A DNA stretch of 63,055 nucleotides, the filler included, from Reticulomyxa filosa (lineage: Eukaryota; Protista; Foraminifera): NCBI GenBank assembly GCA_000512085.1. It is 20 parts of 20 records of this genome, joined end to end, with 100 filler letters (N's around TTAATTAATTAA, not from the genome) between each part and the next. Parts side by side here need not be neighbours in the genome. Positions count along the whole stretch, not along the records: positions 1 to 3,966 come from ASPP01047375.1; positions 4,067 to 7,410 come from ASPP01020316.1; positions 7,511 to 10,134 come from ASPP01037390.1; positions 10,235 to 13,615 come from ASPP01039976.1; 16 more parts are not named here. One strand, 5' to 3'. Below the pieces are notes generated by a model. That model ran no database searches, was not told where the DNA came from, and saw only the letters and a program-made list of their open reading frames with translations. The translations under genes were made by a program, and so were the position numbers. Shown piece after piece: positions 1-13,260 of this stretch. How positions within the stretch are numbered: position 1 is the first letter of the stretch; the number at the start of each line of letters is the position of its first letter.

Positions 1-2199
1 GATCCATCCTAATTTAATGTTTAGTATTCGAATCCAATGTTGTATGATTACTTGAATCTTTTCTTCTTCATACATGATTAAAATATACAGACCTTTATTT
101 TAATTTTAATCTAGTTTTTTTTTTTGGATTAGATTAAAATAGAATGACCCTTCTGTTTTTGATTCGATAGACTTGGAAGAAAAAAAAGGAATATATAATA
201 AAATACAACTTGATATGTATTGCATAATTTTAAAATTCGACAACAAACAAAAAATATGTGGATAGCATGATAACAAAATTTCATCCCTTTTTTCAGAGTA
301 TATTGCAAATTAAAAATTTTCTTTAAAAAGACCTTTGTGCAAAGATAAAATGATGTTTCCCGAATTAAATATTTTTTTTTGAAAAATTAAACATGATACA
401 GTTATTATTCTAAAATAAGATTATGTAAATTCATTTTAAAAATTAATCTGATTGTTTGCAAAAAATGAAATTATGTCATATATTCATTTGTCATTTTATC
501 TAACACTTGAATTTTTTTTCCTGAAGAAGTGTCGTTATTCGAATCGTTTTGTCTTTTGAATGTGAAATAATTTTAAAAATCCAATAAAAATCTTATTTCA
601 TATTATCATCAGAATATCCAGTTAATTTTTGGATTTGTTTTATAGCAATACATCCATCTAAGCAAGACGCAATTGTGGTAACAATCTGGAGAAAATATTA
701 CTTCCAAATGATGCATTCCATAGTCGAATTTGTATAGCATATGGATTAGATACAATTATGGAGCAATCAATGAAAAGATTGTATATGCATATTTTGAAGA
801 ATTTTCTAAAACATGTTTTCCAGACAATAAATTCCATTATCAATTGTGTTGAATCTTTGTGCCAATGGAATCAAAGAAACCAAAAAAATTAAGTAATTTA
901 ATAATATTTTATCATTACCATGTTTAATAACTTTGTAAATATATTTAAATTCAACACCTACAACAACAAATGTACTATCATTGACTTATTGAACCGAAAG
1001 CGCTTTCGAAAAGAAGAATACAAGCTCGACAATAGCAATAGAACATTACGCAAATCTCGTGCAATCAATTAAAGCTCGTCTAAGCTATATGCAAATAAAA
1101 GCCATAATGTATCAATACAGATCTGTTGATTCAACCGACGACAGCAAAAAGCCAGCAGCGACGGCACTGAAGACAATTCCACAAGGCATTGGAGGAGTGA
1201 CATATTAATGTTCTTATTATTCTCCTCTGTGTTGGAAGGGAATGAGGAAAAGCAAAATACACAATGCAGGTGTAAGTTGATTTCAAAATACAATACCCTC
1301 CAACAAAGCATCAATCATAATTTTCTTCATTTGGTGTCCATGAACGAGTAAGAGATTTCGCAGGTGATTGTAACTGGATCACTGACAGAATCCACATAGA
1401 TCATTCGATGTTGTTGACACATAGAGTATATATGCATATTGAATCATAAAGTCTATAACATGTTGAACAGTTATAAATTAAAAAATCAGCCAAAGTACGT
1501 AATTGATTCAATAATAAACAAATCTATAAAAATGCGGTCTAAAATAGTTCGATAAGCAAGTTACTTTTAAAAGACTTGACGTCGGTATTATGCACAAGGT
1601 AAAAGTATAGTATCAATAACTACAACGACAATTTAATACAGAGTTGCAAATTGTGCAGATAAAATTATAAAATATATTCCACTAATTGCAAAAGCTATTG
1701 CAATTAAACCCAAATAAACATAAATTTTTGAAATACTTTCAAAGACACTAGCAACAAAAAAAAACTTTTATCAACAACACTAAACATAAAATAAATCTCA
1801 AAAAAATAACAAAAAGCAAATAAATAAATAAAATATTTTAATAAACTCATTTCATTCTTCAACGACATTTGCTAAATTACTACTACTAAACGACAAATAC
1901 ACCAAGTATAAACTAAAGTTAAAACATTAAATAAAAAAAAATTACCAAATAAAGCAAGGGTTCGCCTGGCAAATGTTTTATTTTTTGCTTTTTTTTTTCA
2001 TTCCTTTGGTCAAAAAAATAAACTTAAACAATATTGTTAACATAAAATTGACATTTACTTTGTTTTTTCTTAACAATATTGCAAGTCATCATTGTTCATT
2101 CCATTGTCGTAAATATGCAAATAGATAATTCTTTACAAAGAGTTCAACTAACGCAAGCAAATCAACAAAATTGTTCAAATATCACTTTTCTCAAACTAA

Positions 2200-3020
2200 T
2201 ACATCAATTATATCACAACGTACCAACAACAATTGCATGTAATACAATTATTACAAGTATTTGGCAAGATCTTATGGTAACAACAAAAAAAAGTGTTTTC
2301 TGATTGTATATTGAATATAATGGAAGAAAACAATGAATTGAAAATAATGAGAGAAATGTGTCTGTATATATTATGGGATATCATATCTCATCCAAAATTA
2401 TTAAATAACACAAATTCATTTTATCAAATTTTAAAACGAAAGTGTTATCGATTCAATGTTAATGTATTATCTTGTCCATGTTTGAATTGTTTTATTTACA
2501 ATTTAAAAAATGACAAATGCAATATAAGAATATATTTCATATATGTCATCGAATGGAAAATGGAAAGAATATTTTAAAAACATTACAAGTTGGAAATCCA
2601 AAAAAATCGTCATTTGAATGTAATGCTCATATTAAATTGTATAATGATTGTTCTGAAATTCAAACAAGTTATATCAAATACTCCAATATCGTTCTTAATC
2701 ATTATTGGCATTTCCACATAAATATTTCTAATGAAAGAGATTGTTTGTCAAATCGTTATTCAGTTAATGACTTCACATTTCTTTTTTTTATACAAAAATT
2801 TCAATTTTTAAATTGTTTTGATATTCATTTATGAACAGGAATTCAATTCATTCCAAGTTATTTGGAAAGAAAAATTTATAATACATAAAAGGCCCTTATT
2901 TAAAGAATTTGAAACAAGGATTTGAAAATCTCAAACATCAATTACAAATAATAAAACAGTTTATGTTGTCTGGAAGAATATATTTGCTTTGCATAATTCA
3001 ATTGATTGAATTAGGACAAT
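2200..3020 (+). pseudogene. Decayed gene with a PUB-like N-terminal segment (lineage-expanded family)
   Basis: The peptide 'MREMCLYILWDIISHPKL' resembles the PUB-like 'LxxILxNIxxxP' motif. Coding-like text continues across several frames with stops. Boundaries are approximate. Confidence 0.4.
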
Positions 3021-3966
3021 TTGATTTTTTATGTTTTGATGCTATTTATCAAATTTAATTTGATATGAAGAAGTTTTCTAATGAGAACACAAGGAACGAG
3101 GTTCCAGATTGTGCCCTTATTCGATACTCTATGTCTAAGATCAGTTGTAATAATCGAGACTGGAATTATTCTAAACAAAAACATTATGTCCAGTTTTTCA
3201 AGTTTTCGAACAGAAAAATTGATTAAAGTTATCCTCAACAGAATGTAGATGTAAGATATTTGAAATTCAATGAAATAAGTTTGACAACTATCAACATGTT
3301 TATTTAAATTTAAAAAAATTGAATGTAATGTGTTAAATGAATTTTGTTCTTTATTATGTCAAAATTAAATTATTTTACTGAATATATATCTAAGCTAATC
3401 TTATCAAACTCAATTTGGAATAAGTATTTGATATAAAAAGTGTGTTCATGCAATACCAAAATGAAAACTTATCAGCTCTGTTGTCATGATTCAAATACAT
3501 GCTTTCATTATGTAATTGGAATATTTATATAGAATTTTCATTTCTTTAAATGCTTTAGACTAAGTTCAATATTATATTAACATTTTCAAAAATCATTTCA
3601 TCAAATTCATAAATTTGTACTCTTTTAATAATATTCTTACATTATCAATGTTCCATCTGCAATCATTCACTATTGATTTCAATAGAGTTTTATAAGATTA
3701 CAAAAATACAATCTAATTCTTTTCAGAGTGTAGTTTTCATTTATTGGCCTTTGAATTCTTAAAAAAATTGAACGCAGTTTTTTCAACTTTTTTAAACAAC
3801 AAAATAAGATAAAACACATCTTTTAGTGTTTGCTCAATCAAACCAAACAAGTTTAACATAACTTAATTTCCTTTTATCGAACTTTTCAACAAAAACACTT
3901 TTATTTCTTGTTCAACAAAGCAACAAATTATCCCCAAATATGAATGGGACCTTTGCGTGAACCATA

Positions 3967-4066
3967 NNNNNNNNNNNNNNNNNNNNNNNNNNNNNNNNNN
4001 NNNNNNNNNNTTAATTAATTAANNNNNNNNNNNNNNNNNNNNNNNNNNNNNNNNNNNNNNNNNNNN
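3967..4066. other. Artificial contig spacer (first of 19)
   Basis: N44-TTAATTAATTAA-N44, which puts stops in all six frames. It recurs starting at about 7411, 10135, 13616, 21963, 23875, 25318, 28617, 31327, 32447, 36352, 37939, 39955, 41998, 50173, 56252, 57440, 60265 and 61365. Confidence 0.98.
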
Positions 4067-4875
4067 TTTTAATTAATTTGTGCACTTTGATATGTTTTGC
4101 TTGCTTTTTTCATATAAGGAAAAGTCAACAGAACCTGAATTAGAAATAGAAACCGAGGTTGCTGATGTGTCATCAAAATCGAAACGTGACACTTAATTTG
4201 GTTAAATTTTTAATAAAAAAAAAATAATAATAAGTATGTGTTGGGCTTGGCTGTGTTTTTTTGTGGTGTGTGCTAGGTGTGCGTGATTGTGTGTCACATG
4301 CTGTGTGTTTTTTTTCGCAACTGGGGTTAATGCTTTGGCAGAGACTCCTCGTGTGTACCTTTAGCGAAGTGAAAAAGGTCGTTTCGTTATAGTTGCAGTC
4401 TTTTGCGTGTTGTGAACAACCGCTTCGTTGGCGTTCCCATGGGCAAAATATTTTTTTTGCAACTTAACATTAGGAAAAAAAAAATATTATATGAAAAACG
4501 AAACAATAAATTTACGAAACACATAATGGGGAAATATAAAAATAACGAAAATGCACCGATTTCTCGCAAATGGAAAATGGTTTATTTTTTAATTTTATGG
4601 TAACTTTTTTCGCTACAAACAGGACATTTCAAGTTTCCAACTTTGATACGGTTTCGTTATTTGAAAAATGCCAGTCATAATCTCTTTTTTAAAAAATATT
4701 CTTTACTTTTGTAACAAAGATATAACGCAATTAGTCCTCTTTTCAGATTTTTTTTCTTTTTTTGTTAAGACTAGCAATAATTCCATCAGCACGGAAATAT
4801 TTTCGGTTTTCACAAGCAAAATAAGTACGCAAGAAGGGGCTATTGGCTTAAAACTTTTTCAAAAAAAAAAACATA

Positions 4876-5440
4876 ATGAGCCAAGCCACAGAAGAAAAAC
4901 AAGATGGAGCAAAGTCCTTCCGTAATCTAACAAAACAAGAAGCTAGGCAATTATTGTTACTACGAAAAAGAGAGCGCAAGAGCGATCTGAAGCCTGTAAC
5001 AGAACACAAAGAAAGCGCCCAAAGCAGTGCAGCATTAACGAAATATATTCGCTCTCGAGAATGGACAGAAAAATATGTGAATGAAACGATGATTTTAATT
5101 GATGGTCTGACTCAAAAACAAAGATATGAGCACAATCAAAAACTGGAAAGAATGCAAGAAATGGAAAAGAATCAAGCAGCTGGCAAAGAAATCGTAATGT
5201 TCGTATTTTTATATTTTCCGTGAAGCAAGCAAACAAATAAACAATGGGGAAAAAAACATGTTGAAATTATCATTTGTCTGACAAGCATAAAGACACTAAA
5301 AATACCAAAACAAAACACAATTCATAGACCTCGATTACCATGGGAGTTTGGTGTGAAACATCTGACATAGGGAGAGGAGGATGTTCATATGTTGTAAATT
5401 GTTTGAGCAACATTTCAAAAGTCCATCTTATTATTTACTT

Positions 5441-5480
<40 letters not shown>

Positions 5481-7410
5481 ATTTCTTATCTTGTTTTGAA
5501 TGGTTGAATTTTATCTATGTCTGGATTGTTAGAAAGCGTGATCTTGAAGAAGGTTCCGATTTGCACTGCGTCCATGTGGCTGGCAAAGTTGCGTCTATTC
5601 CAAAAACAAACCAAACGATTTTTTTATTTTGTTTTTGGGATATCCTTGTCTGTGTTATGCATGTGCACATATATGTATGTATATGTATATGTATACGTAT
5701 ATGTATGCATGTGTACTCTTAAAAAAAAAAAAAAAAAAAAAAAAAGCGTGAAGGCTCTAAGGAAATAATGACAGAAGTGATCGGAATTGAAGATATAGGC
5801 ATTTACAGCGGAGTAGTTCTTGAACACTCGACAGACACCAAAAAGAATGAGGTGAAGCTGGCATTTATGAGTGAAGATGCTCACGCCTATCCACCTATCA
5901 ATAAGCAACAAACGGATTGGTGGAAGCAAATCAACTACATGACAGATGAAGAAATCAGAGATTTCCTTCAGCGTCAATTAGGTGTTTTACACATACATAT
6001 ATACATATATACATATATACATATATATATATATATATGTATATGCATATACATATGTATGTGTATATGTATATATATATATGCATATGTACCCCTTTCA
6101 CATAATATAAAAATGCTGCTGTGATTGTTGTTGATACTATTAGAACAGGCACAACAACCTGAAGAAAAATCACAAGAAAGCAAAAGGAAAGATGCTCTCC
6201 GAGCAGTGATTTCCAAACGCCACCAGAAACCTCGTTACGATTTGTATTGCATGTATTTGTTGTTCTGATGTTAATACTCGCAAAGAGATGGCTCACTAAC
6301 GTACGTAATACAAAAAAAAGAAGAAATGACGGAAAAGGAAATGGAGAAGCTGACAAATAGCAAAGAGTTTTTGGAGAGCTTTCGTCTAAGAGCAAAGTGG
6401 ATGCTGCGTGCATTGGGCTCCAATATGAGCGTCGATCAAGAAATATTCGGCAATATCATTTCGGGAGAAGAGTCCATTTCGAGTCTCTGTTCCGTCATTA
6501 TTATTTTTTTTTCTTCTAAGATAACAATCCATTCACCAATAATTAACAACAACAACAACAACAACAAATAATAGTATTGAATAATAGTAAGCCATTGGAG
6601 CGGACGGACGTAAAAAAAAGCAAAAGGGACGAGAGTTGGTTCGAAGAGCGACAATGAAGCTTTCAGGAGAAAAAGAGCTGCTCAAGAACATGCACAATTT
6701 CCCGGTCACGAAAGCTGCGCAAGGAAGGCCTGTCCAATGCATTGACTTTTCAAAGATTGTTACGTGAGGATAAACATATATATATATACATATATATATA
6801 TATGTATATATTATACATAATTTTTTTAACGAGTTTTTGTGTGATAATCCAAACACAGAATAAAGACGTATTTTTAATCGGCCATGCGAGACGACCTGGA
6901 TCTTGGAGATCTGAACTAGAAAATGAAGGGGTTATTCAGCTCTGGAACAAATTCTTACCCAATTTTCCTGAATACACACTGTCTTGTCAAGTTGAATTGC
7001 TTTTATAACTTGTACATTTACATTGTGTTTATTCCAATTACTAAAAAAGTGAGTTTGTGTGTGTGTGTGTGTGTTGCATTTCCAAACGGTTGAATCTATT
7101 TTCACCAAAAAAAAAAAAAAAAAAAAGCCAATGATAACTTGTGCGACGTTTCATCCCACTCATCCCAGCCAAGTGTTTGGAGCCACGGAGTCGGGACAGC
7201 TGATGGTATGGGACATTCGCGCAAAGAATACACCAGTCCAAGTCAGTTGGTTTTCTCAAGGCCATCAAAGCGGAGTTTACGACATGAAGTTCTTGCCAAC
7301 GATGCAAAAGGGCACCCAACACATTATGTCCATCTCTAATGATGGTACTCTGTGCATGTGGGCCGATGACAAGATTGAGCAGCCTTATGTTTGTTTTTTT
7401 TTTTTTTTTT
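4876..7410 (+). CDS. Cytoplasmic dynein intermediate chain (multi-exon, 3' truncated at contig end)
   Basis: Spliced peptides 'GRPVQCIDFSK', 'EGVIQLWNKFLPNFPEYTLSCQ' and 'ITCATFHPTHPSQVFGATESGQLMVWDIRAKNTPVQ...HQSGVYDM...HIMSISNDGTLCMW' follow the DYNC1I WD region in order. 'SKEFLESFRLRAKWMLRAL' matches the roadblock-binding helix. Introns are GT-AG, e.g. 5194-5746, which keeps the frame. Confidence 0.85.
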
Positions 7411-7511
7411 NNNNNNNNNNNNNNNNNNNNNNNNNNNNNNNNNNNNNNNNNNNNTTAATTAATTAANNNNNNNNNNNNNNNNNNNNNNNNNNNNNNNNNN
7501 NNNNNNNNNNA

Positions 7512-7802
7512 CATCAAAATGTTGTATGGTGTGTTGAATATTCACCATTTGTAACAAAAAATAGTATTGGTAATTCAAATGTGATATGCTCTGGATCATC
7601 GGATAATACAATTCGTTTTTGGGATATTCGATCAAATAAGAATGAACTGTATATGATAAAAGGTGATGATAAAAAAAATGATGGGATAATTTGTCTTAAA
7701 TTTATTATATTGAAAAAGAAAGAGAAGACAATAAATGTTACATATGATTTGAATTTGTGTTATGGCTCACGCAATGGTCCAATTCGTATTTGGGGTAATT
7801 GA
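7512..7802 (+). CDS. WD40-repeat protein, C-terminal fragment
   Basis: 'VICSGSSDNTIRFWDIRSNKNEL...LCYGSRNGPIRIWG'; same family C-terminus as 53379-53792. Confidence 0.85.
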   Translation, partial: HQNVVWCVEYSPFVTKNSIGNSNVICSGSSDNTIRFWDIRSNKNELYMIKGDDKKNDGIICLKFIILKKKEKTINVTYDLNLCYGSRNGPIRIWGN

Positions 7803-8559
7803 CTTTTTGTGGAACAAGAAATGAAAATGTTTTATTTGAAAAGTTTGATTGAAAGAAAATTTGTTTGATTTAATTGGATGCATTTGATCTTACTTTATTT
7901 TTCAAAAAAATTTAGAAAGTAGCATTCATGTTTTTTTGAAGAATTCAAAAGCATAACAAATAAAAATGTTATCAAAATATGCAAAATATTTTAAGTGTTT
8001 TTTTTATAGCATTTAACCCGATTGTCTTTGTAATGATTCAGGAATATCATTTAAAAAACTTAAAATATGATTGAATTTTTGGAAAGAATACAACAATAAA
8101 TATAAAAAAGAGAAAATACGTTTTAAACTTGAAAGGCAGACAGCAAAGTAAGAATAGTTGTTTTGATCAATAAATACACTTTGAATTAATCCTTATAAAA
8201 AATCTTGCTCCAATCGATTTAAAAAGTAATATATTTGTAGAGCCTATTAAATGATTTTGACTCCAAGTATGTTTAAAAAGTGCTGCCTTTTTTTTGTTAA
8301 GATATCATCAATTGTTTCATTATTATTTGTTTGTTTGACACAATTTAGAATTTTTGTGTCCTAGCTTTTTTTTTTGGTAATGTTTAAATTTAGATCAAAG
8401 TGATTTTAGGAAGACATAATTGCTTTGTTTAATTAATTTTTCATTAAAAAAAATAGTAAGTGAATATATGCACATTTGATCTTTCTCAAATTTGTTGATC
8501 TTCCTTTTGTTCATTCATACAAGTGTATAGAAGTCAACAATGACTTATTTTATATTTTC

Positions 8560-9480
8560 ATCCTTCTATGAGAAGATCAAGTGCAATATTCAAACGTGAA
8601 CGTGAAATTTTGTTTACAAGATTAAAAATGTTTCCTACTGCAAATGAAAACAAATTACATGGATAGTGAAGATGAATAAAACAATTCAAAAGATGTGTTG
8701 AGTACACAATTTTCATCAAGTGATAAAACAACTATTTTGTGGAATGCAGAATCTAATAAAATGTTGAAATAATTCAAAAGACATTCTAATTGTGTGATGG
8801 TAAATTTATTATTTCTTGTTAATTGGATGATATAATTCGGATATGGAATATTGAAACAGGAATAAAATGAAATATATTGAAAGGACATTCCCAAGCTGTT
8901 AGTATCTCAAAATGGAAATACAATTGCATCAGGCTCTACTAATTGCACTGTTCGAATTTGGAGATAATTTAATATTCACACGAATAAAATTTTTATTATT
9001 CTTGAACTTTGACGTCTAAACACTTGAACATTTTCTTCAAGTTCAAATGTTTTTCTATAGTCACTATTTGACACGGACTATTCATATTTTCATAATCAAT
9101 CCATTTCATTCATCTTCTACATTACTTAAAGCATTCACTGAAGATACAAGTATTGTAATTAATACAGTTTTTATATGGGATATTGATAACAACAAACCAG
9201 TTCCATCCTTTAATGAGCATTCACACTATGTGAAATTTGCACAATATTATTAGTATAATCATCGTCAAGATATTACTTGCTCTTCATCACAGGATAAAAC
9301 CATTCATTTTGGGTGTAAAATATGGATCAAATGAATTCAAAAATACAATATTATATGGATTATATGATTTCAGTCTTTGTTTGTGGATATTCGATCTAAT
9401 CAAAAAATTCAAGTGTTTAAAGGACATACATGTTGGGTTTGGATTGCAAAAGATAATGCTGTTTTGATAATGCACCTTGT
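8560..9480 (+). pseudogene. Highly decayed WD40-repeat gene(s)
   Basis: Remnants 'LKGHSQAV', 'NGNTIASGSTNCTVRIW', 'FIWDIDNNK..SFNEHS' and 'YGSNEFKNTILYGLYDFSLCLW' are broken by stops and frameshifts. Confidence 0.75.
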
Positions 9481-10889
9481 TGTCCTTTTAACTTTATTCT
9501 GTTTTGCGTGTTCGATACTATACAAAAATTAGAGCGAAGAAAACACAACACTTAAAATATCTTGTAATTTATCTTACTATTTGGATATAATTTTCATTAA
9601 TTATGCTTTTCAATTTTTAAAAGACATTGAACGCAGCTTTCTATTTTTTTTAAACAACAAAGTAAAATGGAAAACTTCTTTCAATGATTGCCTAAATTTA
9701 AACATATGACACACATTCAAAGTTTATATTTTTAATCTCCTTCCTTGGTTTGATCATGCAAGCACACTGACTTTTTCCAAATCCTTTAATTATAATGTAT
9801 ATAATGCATACAAGATGATGTTACTTTCCTGAAATAAGCACTTTATCATTATTATCACACATACACATGTGCATCCTCCATTCCGTTAACAGAATTATGA
9901 TGCACATTGTTTTTTTTTACACATTCAGTTTTTTAGTTGAATTTTTACCTTATTCATTCGTTTTTGTTTTTTAAAATAAATTTGTGGGCAACGAATACAG
10001 TTGGCGCTTCACCACTACATCTTGCTTCAGAAATAAAACAACTTCTATGTGTAAAAATGATATTAAATTAATCAATGCAATATCAATGAGTATTACATTA
10101 TGTGTGTTCTTTTACGTGATATAAATAATAGTATNNNNNNNNNNNNNNNNNNNNNNNNNNNNNNNNNNNNNNNNNNNNTTAATTAATTAANNNNNNNNNN
10201 NNNNNNNNNNNNNNNNNNNNNNNNNNNNNNNNNNACAGCACTGGTATGTCTTTTTTCTTTTTTCAAAAATACTTTTGTAAATTAAAAGATTGTGTTTTTT
10301 TTTGGAATAGATCTCGCGCTTTTATAAAAAAAATGATAATTTTTTTGTGTGGATGCAATACATCCTTCAGCAAAAGAAAAAATATATATATTGAATATGG
10401 GGTAATGCCCCCCGTCTCCGTAAGGAGTAACAAAGGTTTGTTATTTATTTATGAATATTTTTTTTAACATAATCAATTTTGTCTGTTTTTCAATTACAGC
10501 ATCAACTCGTCTGTCCAAAAAAAATAAAAAATGTGTACGTATCAATCCAAACTCCCTACAAATAAAAATTTTGGGGTTGAAGCCACCCCGCATTCAAAAA
10601 AAAATTAAAGGGTTTGTATTTTTATTTTTATTATTTTTTATTTTATTTTATCAAATGATTGTACGTTTGTCAATAGGCATGCCCCCCCATCAACAAAAAA
10701 TTATGTTTACCCTCCCCGTTACAAAAGAAAAAAAATAGATGATTGGAATTGGAGTTTTTGGCTCCAGTACAAAAGTATGTTTGTGTATGTTTTTTTTAAA
10801 AATGAAAAAAGTATTTCAATTAATGATTATGTTTATAGGTTCAATGATCAAAAAAAAGATTGGAAAAGTTTGTGTTTTTTATTTTTTCA

Positions 10890-11290
10890 TTTTTATTTAA
10901 GTTAAGAGAAAAAATTTGGGGGGAAAGAAAATGGAAGGGAAAATTATTGAAAAATTGGAAAAAAAGGAGGGGAAAAAAAGTGACAATAAAAGAAAATAGA
11001 TTGAAAAGGGGGGAAAATGAATTTGAAAGGGTGAAAGGGGGGACAGGGACGGGGGACGGGGGAAATGTAGTGGAAAATTTTTTTTAAAGAAAATGAATAA
11101 AAATAAAAATGAATAATAAGAAATTAAAAAGAAATGGAAAAAAAAAGGTTGAAAAATGTAGAAGAAAAATGAAATAAAAAAAAGATTGCAATGAGAAAAA
11201 ATTAAAAAAAGAAAAAAAAAGTAAAAAAAAAAAGAGAAAAAAAACAAAGAGAAAAAAGATATAAAATTAGAAAAAAAGAAAAAAATTGAC
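10890..11290 (+). repeat. Purine-rich (A/G) low-complexity tract
   Basis: About 400 nt consisting almost entirely of A/G runs; the Phe-rich minus-strand ORF over it is spurious. Confidence 0.7.
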
Positions 11291-11529
11291 ATTTGGATCG
11301 CAACTGCGACATTAACACTGAAGATAGTGCAATGTGAATTGATAAAGTTTTTGGAGAAGTTTGTGAAAATCAAGCCAAGGTCCTGTCAATTGAAAGATGA
11401 AAGGTATGATGATGAAGATAATAAATATAATTAGAAGAATTTGTGTTGTTGTGTTTGTTTAAAAATTGTTTGGTTCTTCAAGTACACAAGTGGATGCTTT
11501 GTGTGCTTTCAATAATAGACTGACATCCC

Positions 11530-13260
11530 GCAGCGCCACAATGGAAGCATCTGAACAGTATGGCAATGACGAACAAGTGAAAGTCGATCGTTGTGAAATT
11601 TTATGTACGTGGAACAGCAGTGGAGGAGTGGAGACTGATCGATCTATCAAACTTATGTATACTTGCGCGTAGTCGCAACTTTGGATATTTGGTCGTGTGT
11701 GCTGATAGTAGGGATCATGAGCAAATCTCTGACAATCGAGTCTTGATGCTTCCCGATTTGCAAGCAAGTTCGCCGAGAAGAGGAAAAAGGAATGCGTGGT
11801 GGTATCGAGCAAAGTGAAAATGATATCAAAGTTGTGGTGTCGTAACGGCAGCGGCGATTGGATTGGAGGAAAAAGCGAAAGGCGATGAAGAAGATAAAAA
11901 AAAGAAGAACAAGTCGTATCTCGTTGAATTTATTTGAAAGAAGAAAAAAAAACAGTCAACAGGTTTTGCTGAACTTGGTTATGAAATTTTGCTTCATATC
12001 CAAAAAAGCGCAAATTCGCCACTAGCAGGCGTAGACTAGATTCACGTATCGCGCCACAATGGAAAATGCTAAATGAGTTTGGCAATGTCAACTCGAAGCA
12101 TTAGAAATATTTGTTTTGTCGTCAACTTAGGTGCACAAAGTCCTGCTGATAACTCGTTGCGTGGCACAGCACCAAAAATTGTGTTGAACTTCGATCAACA
12201 AGCGTCAAAAAACAAGGGAAGCTTGGTCGTTATTGAAATGACCCAATTTTCTTAACGCAGAGATCGTGCGAAAACCGGCCGTGTGCGTACGCACAATCGC
12301 AACTTGGATTTTCCATCTTGAGCTCGCGGGTGACGTTGATCATTATTGATTGGTGAAGATAGAGATATAGTTGGTTGCATTTTCCGGTTCAATTGCCGCA
12401 AGAGTTGTGTGCCTTGCATTTGTCGAGCAAGCGCGTATTATCTTTGCCGAACTGCTTCCGAGATCGACTATGAAGTACGGACGATGTATTGGGTGGCCTC
12501 AAGAGAAAGCAAGAAGTGGAAGACTATTTAAAAAATGAATGTGAACGTTATCGGAAGATATGCGACATTGCGATCGGGCAAACCATTGCGGCAGTAGAAT
12601 CATCAAATGTAATAATGGTTCAACTTAGTTGTGCGAAACTCCAAAAGATACCGGCAAGAAAGAATATGAAGAGGAAGATGAAAATGAATAGAAAAAGAAA
12701 GTCAAGTCAGTTTCTCGTTGGATTTGTTTAAAAGGAAAAAAAAAAAATCAGTCGATAGACTTTACTGGAATTGGTTATGGATTCTAGAAACGCGCAAAGT
12801 CGCCACTCGCGGCATAGACTAACTTCCAATAGCAGTGGTAACCCGGAGTATTTGAAAAAAACTTGTTTGTCTTCAACGTATGCGGACACAAGTCTCTGGC
12901 GCTGTGCCATGCCAAGAATTATCCATTAAAGATAGTGTCCAACTGCGATATACCGGCTCCAACGAACAATAGAAACTGAATTTATGAAATTAGCGCCATT
13001 TCAATGACAACAATCGAAACAGGGCATGTGCGTGCGCACATGCACGAATTTGGATTTTGAATCGTGCGCGTGCTGATGATAGGAATGGTAAGCTCGCAGG
13101 CAACATTGAACATTGATAATTGGTGAAATAAATAGAACTTGTCGCATTTTTTTTGGTGACTCAATCATTGCAATAATTGTTTGTTTTGTGTTTGTGGAAC
13201 AGATGACTATTATCTTTACCAAACTGCAACTATTGGCTACTGGCGGCGTGTTGGATTATA
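11530..13260 (+). pseudogene. Internally triplicated decayed gene, possibly Tudor/SN-like
   Basis: Recurrent blocks: GCGCCACAATGGAA (11533, 12051); TCTCGTTG.ATTT.TTT.AAAG (~11920, ~12713); CGCCACT.GC.G (~12017, ~12801); CGCAAC.TTGGAT-like (~11674, ~12298, ~13045). Peptide scraps 'WWYRAK' and 'YLVEFI'. Confidence 0.4.

Noticed and set aside
4011-4022. Regularly recurring TTAATTAATTAA flanked by Ns, resembling a repeat array or CRISPR
   Set aside because: It is an artificial six-frame-stop contig linker, not biology.
5381-6216. ORFs rich in YI/IC/VY dipeptides
   Set aside because: They are translations of intronic (TA)n/(TATG)n microsatellites.
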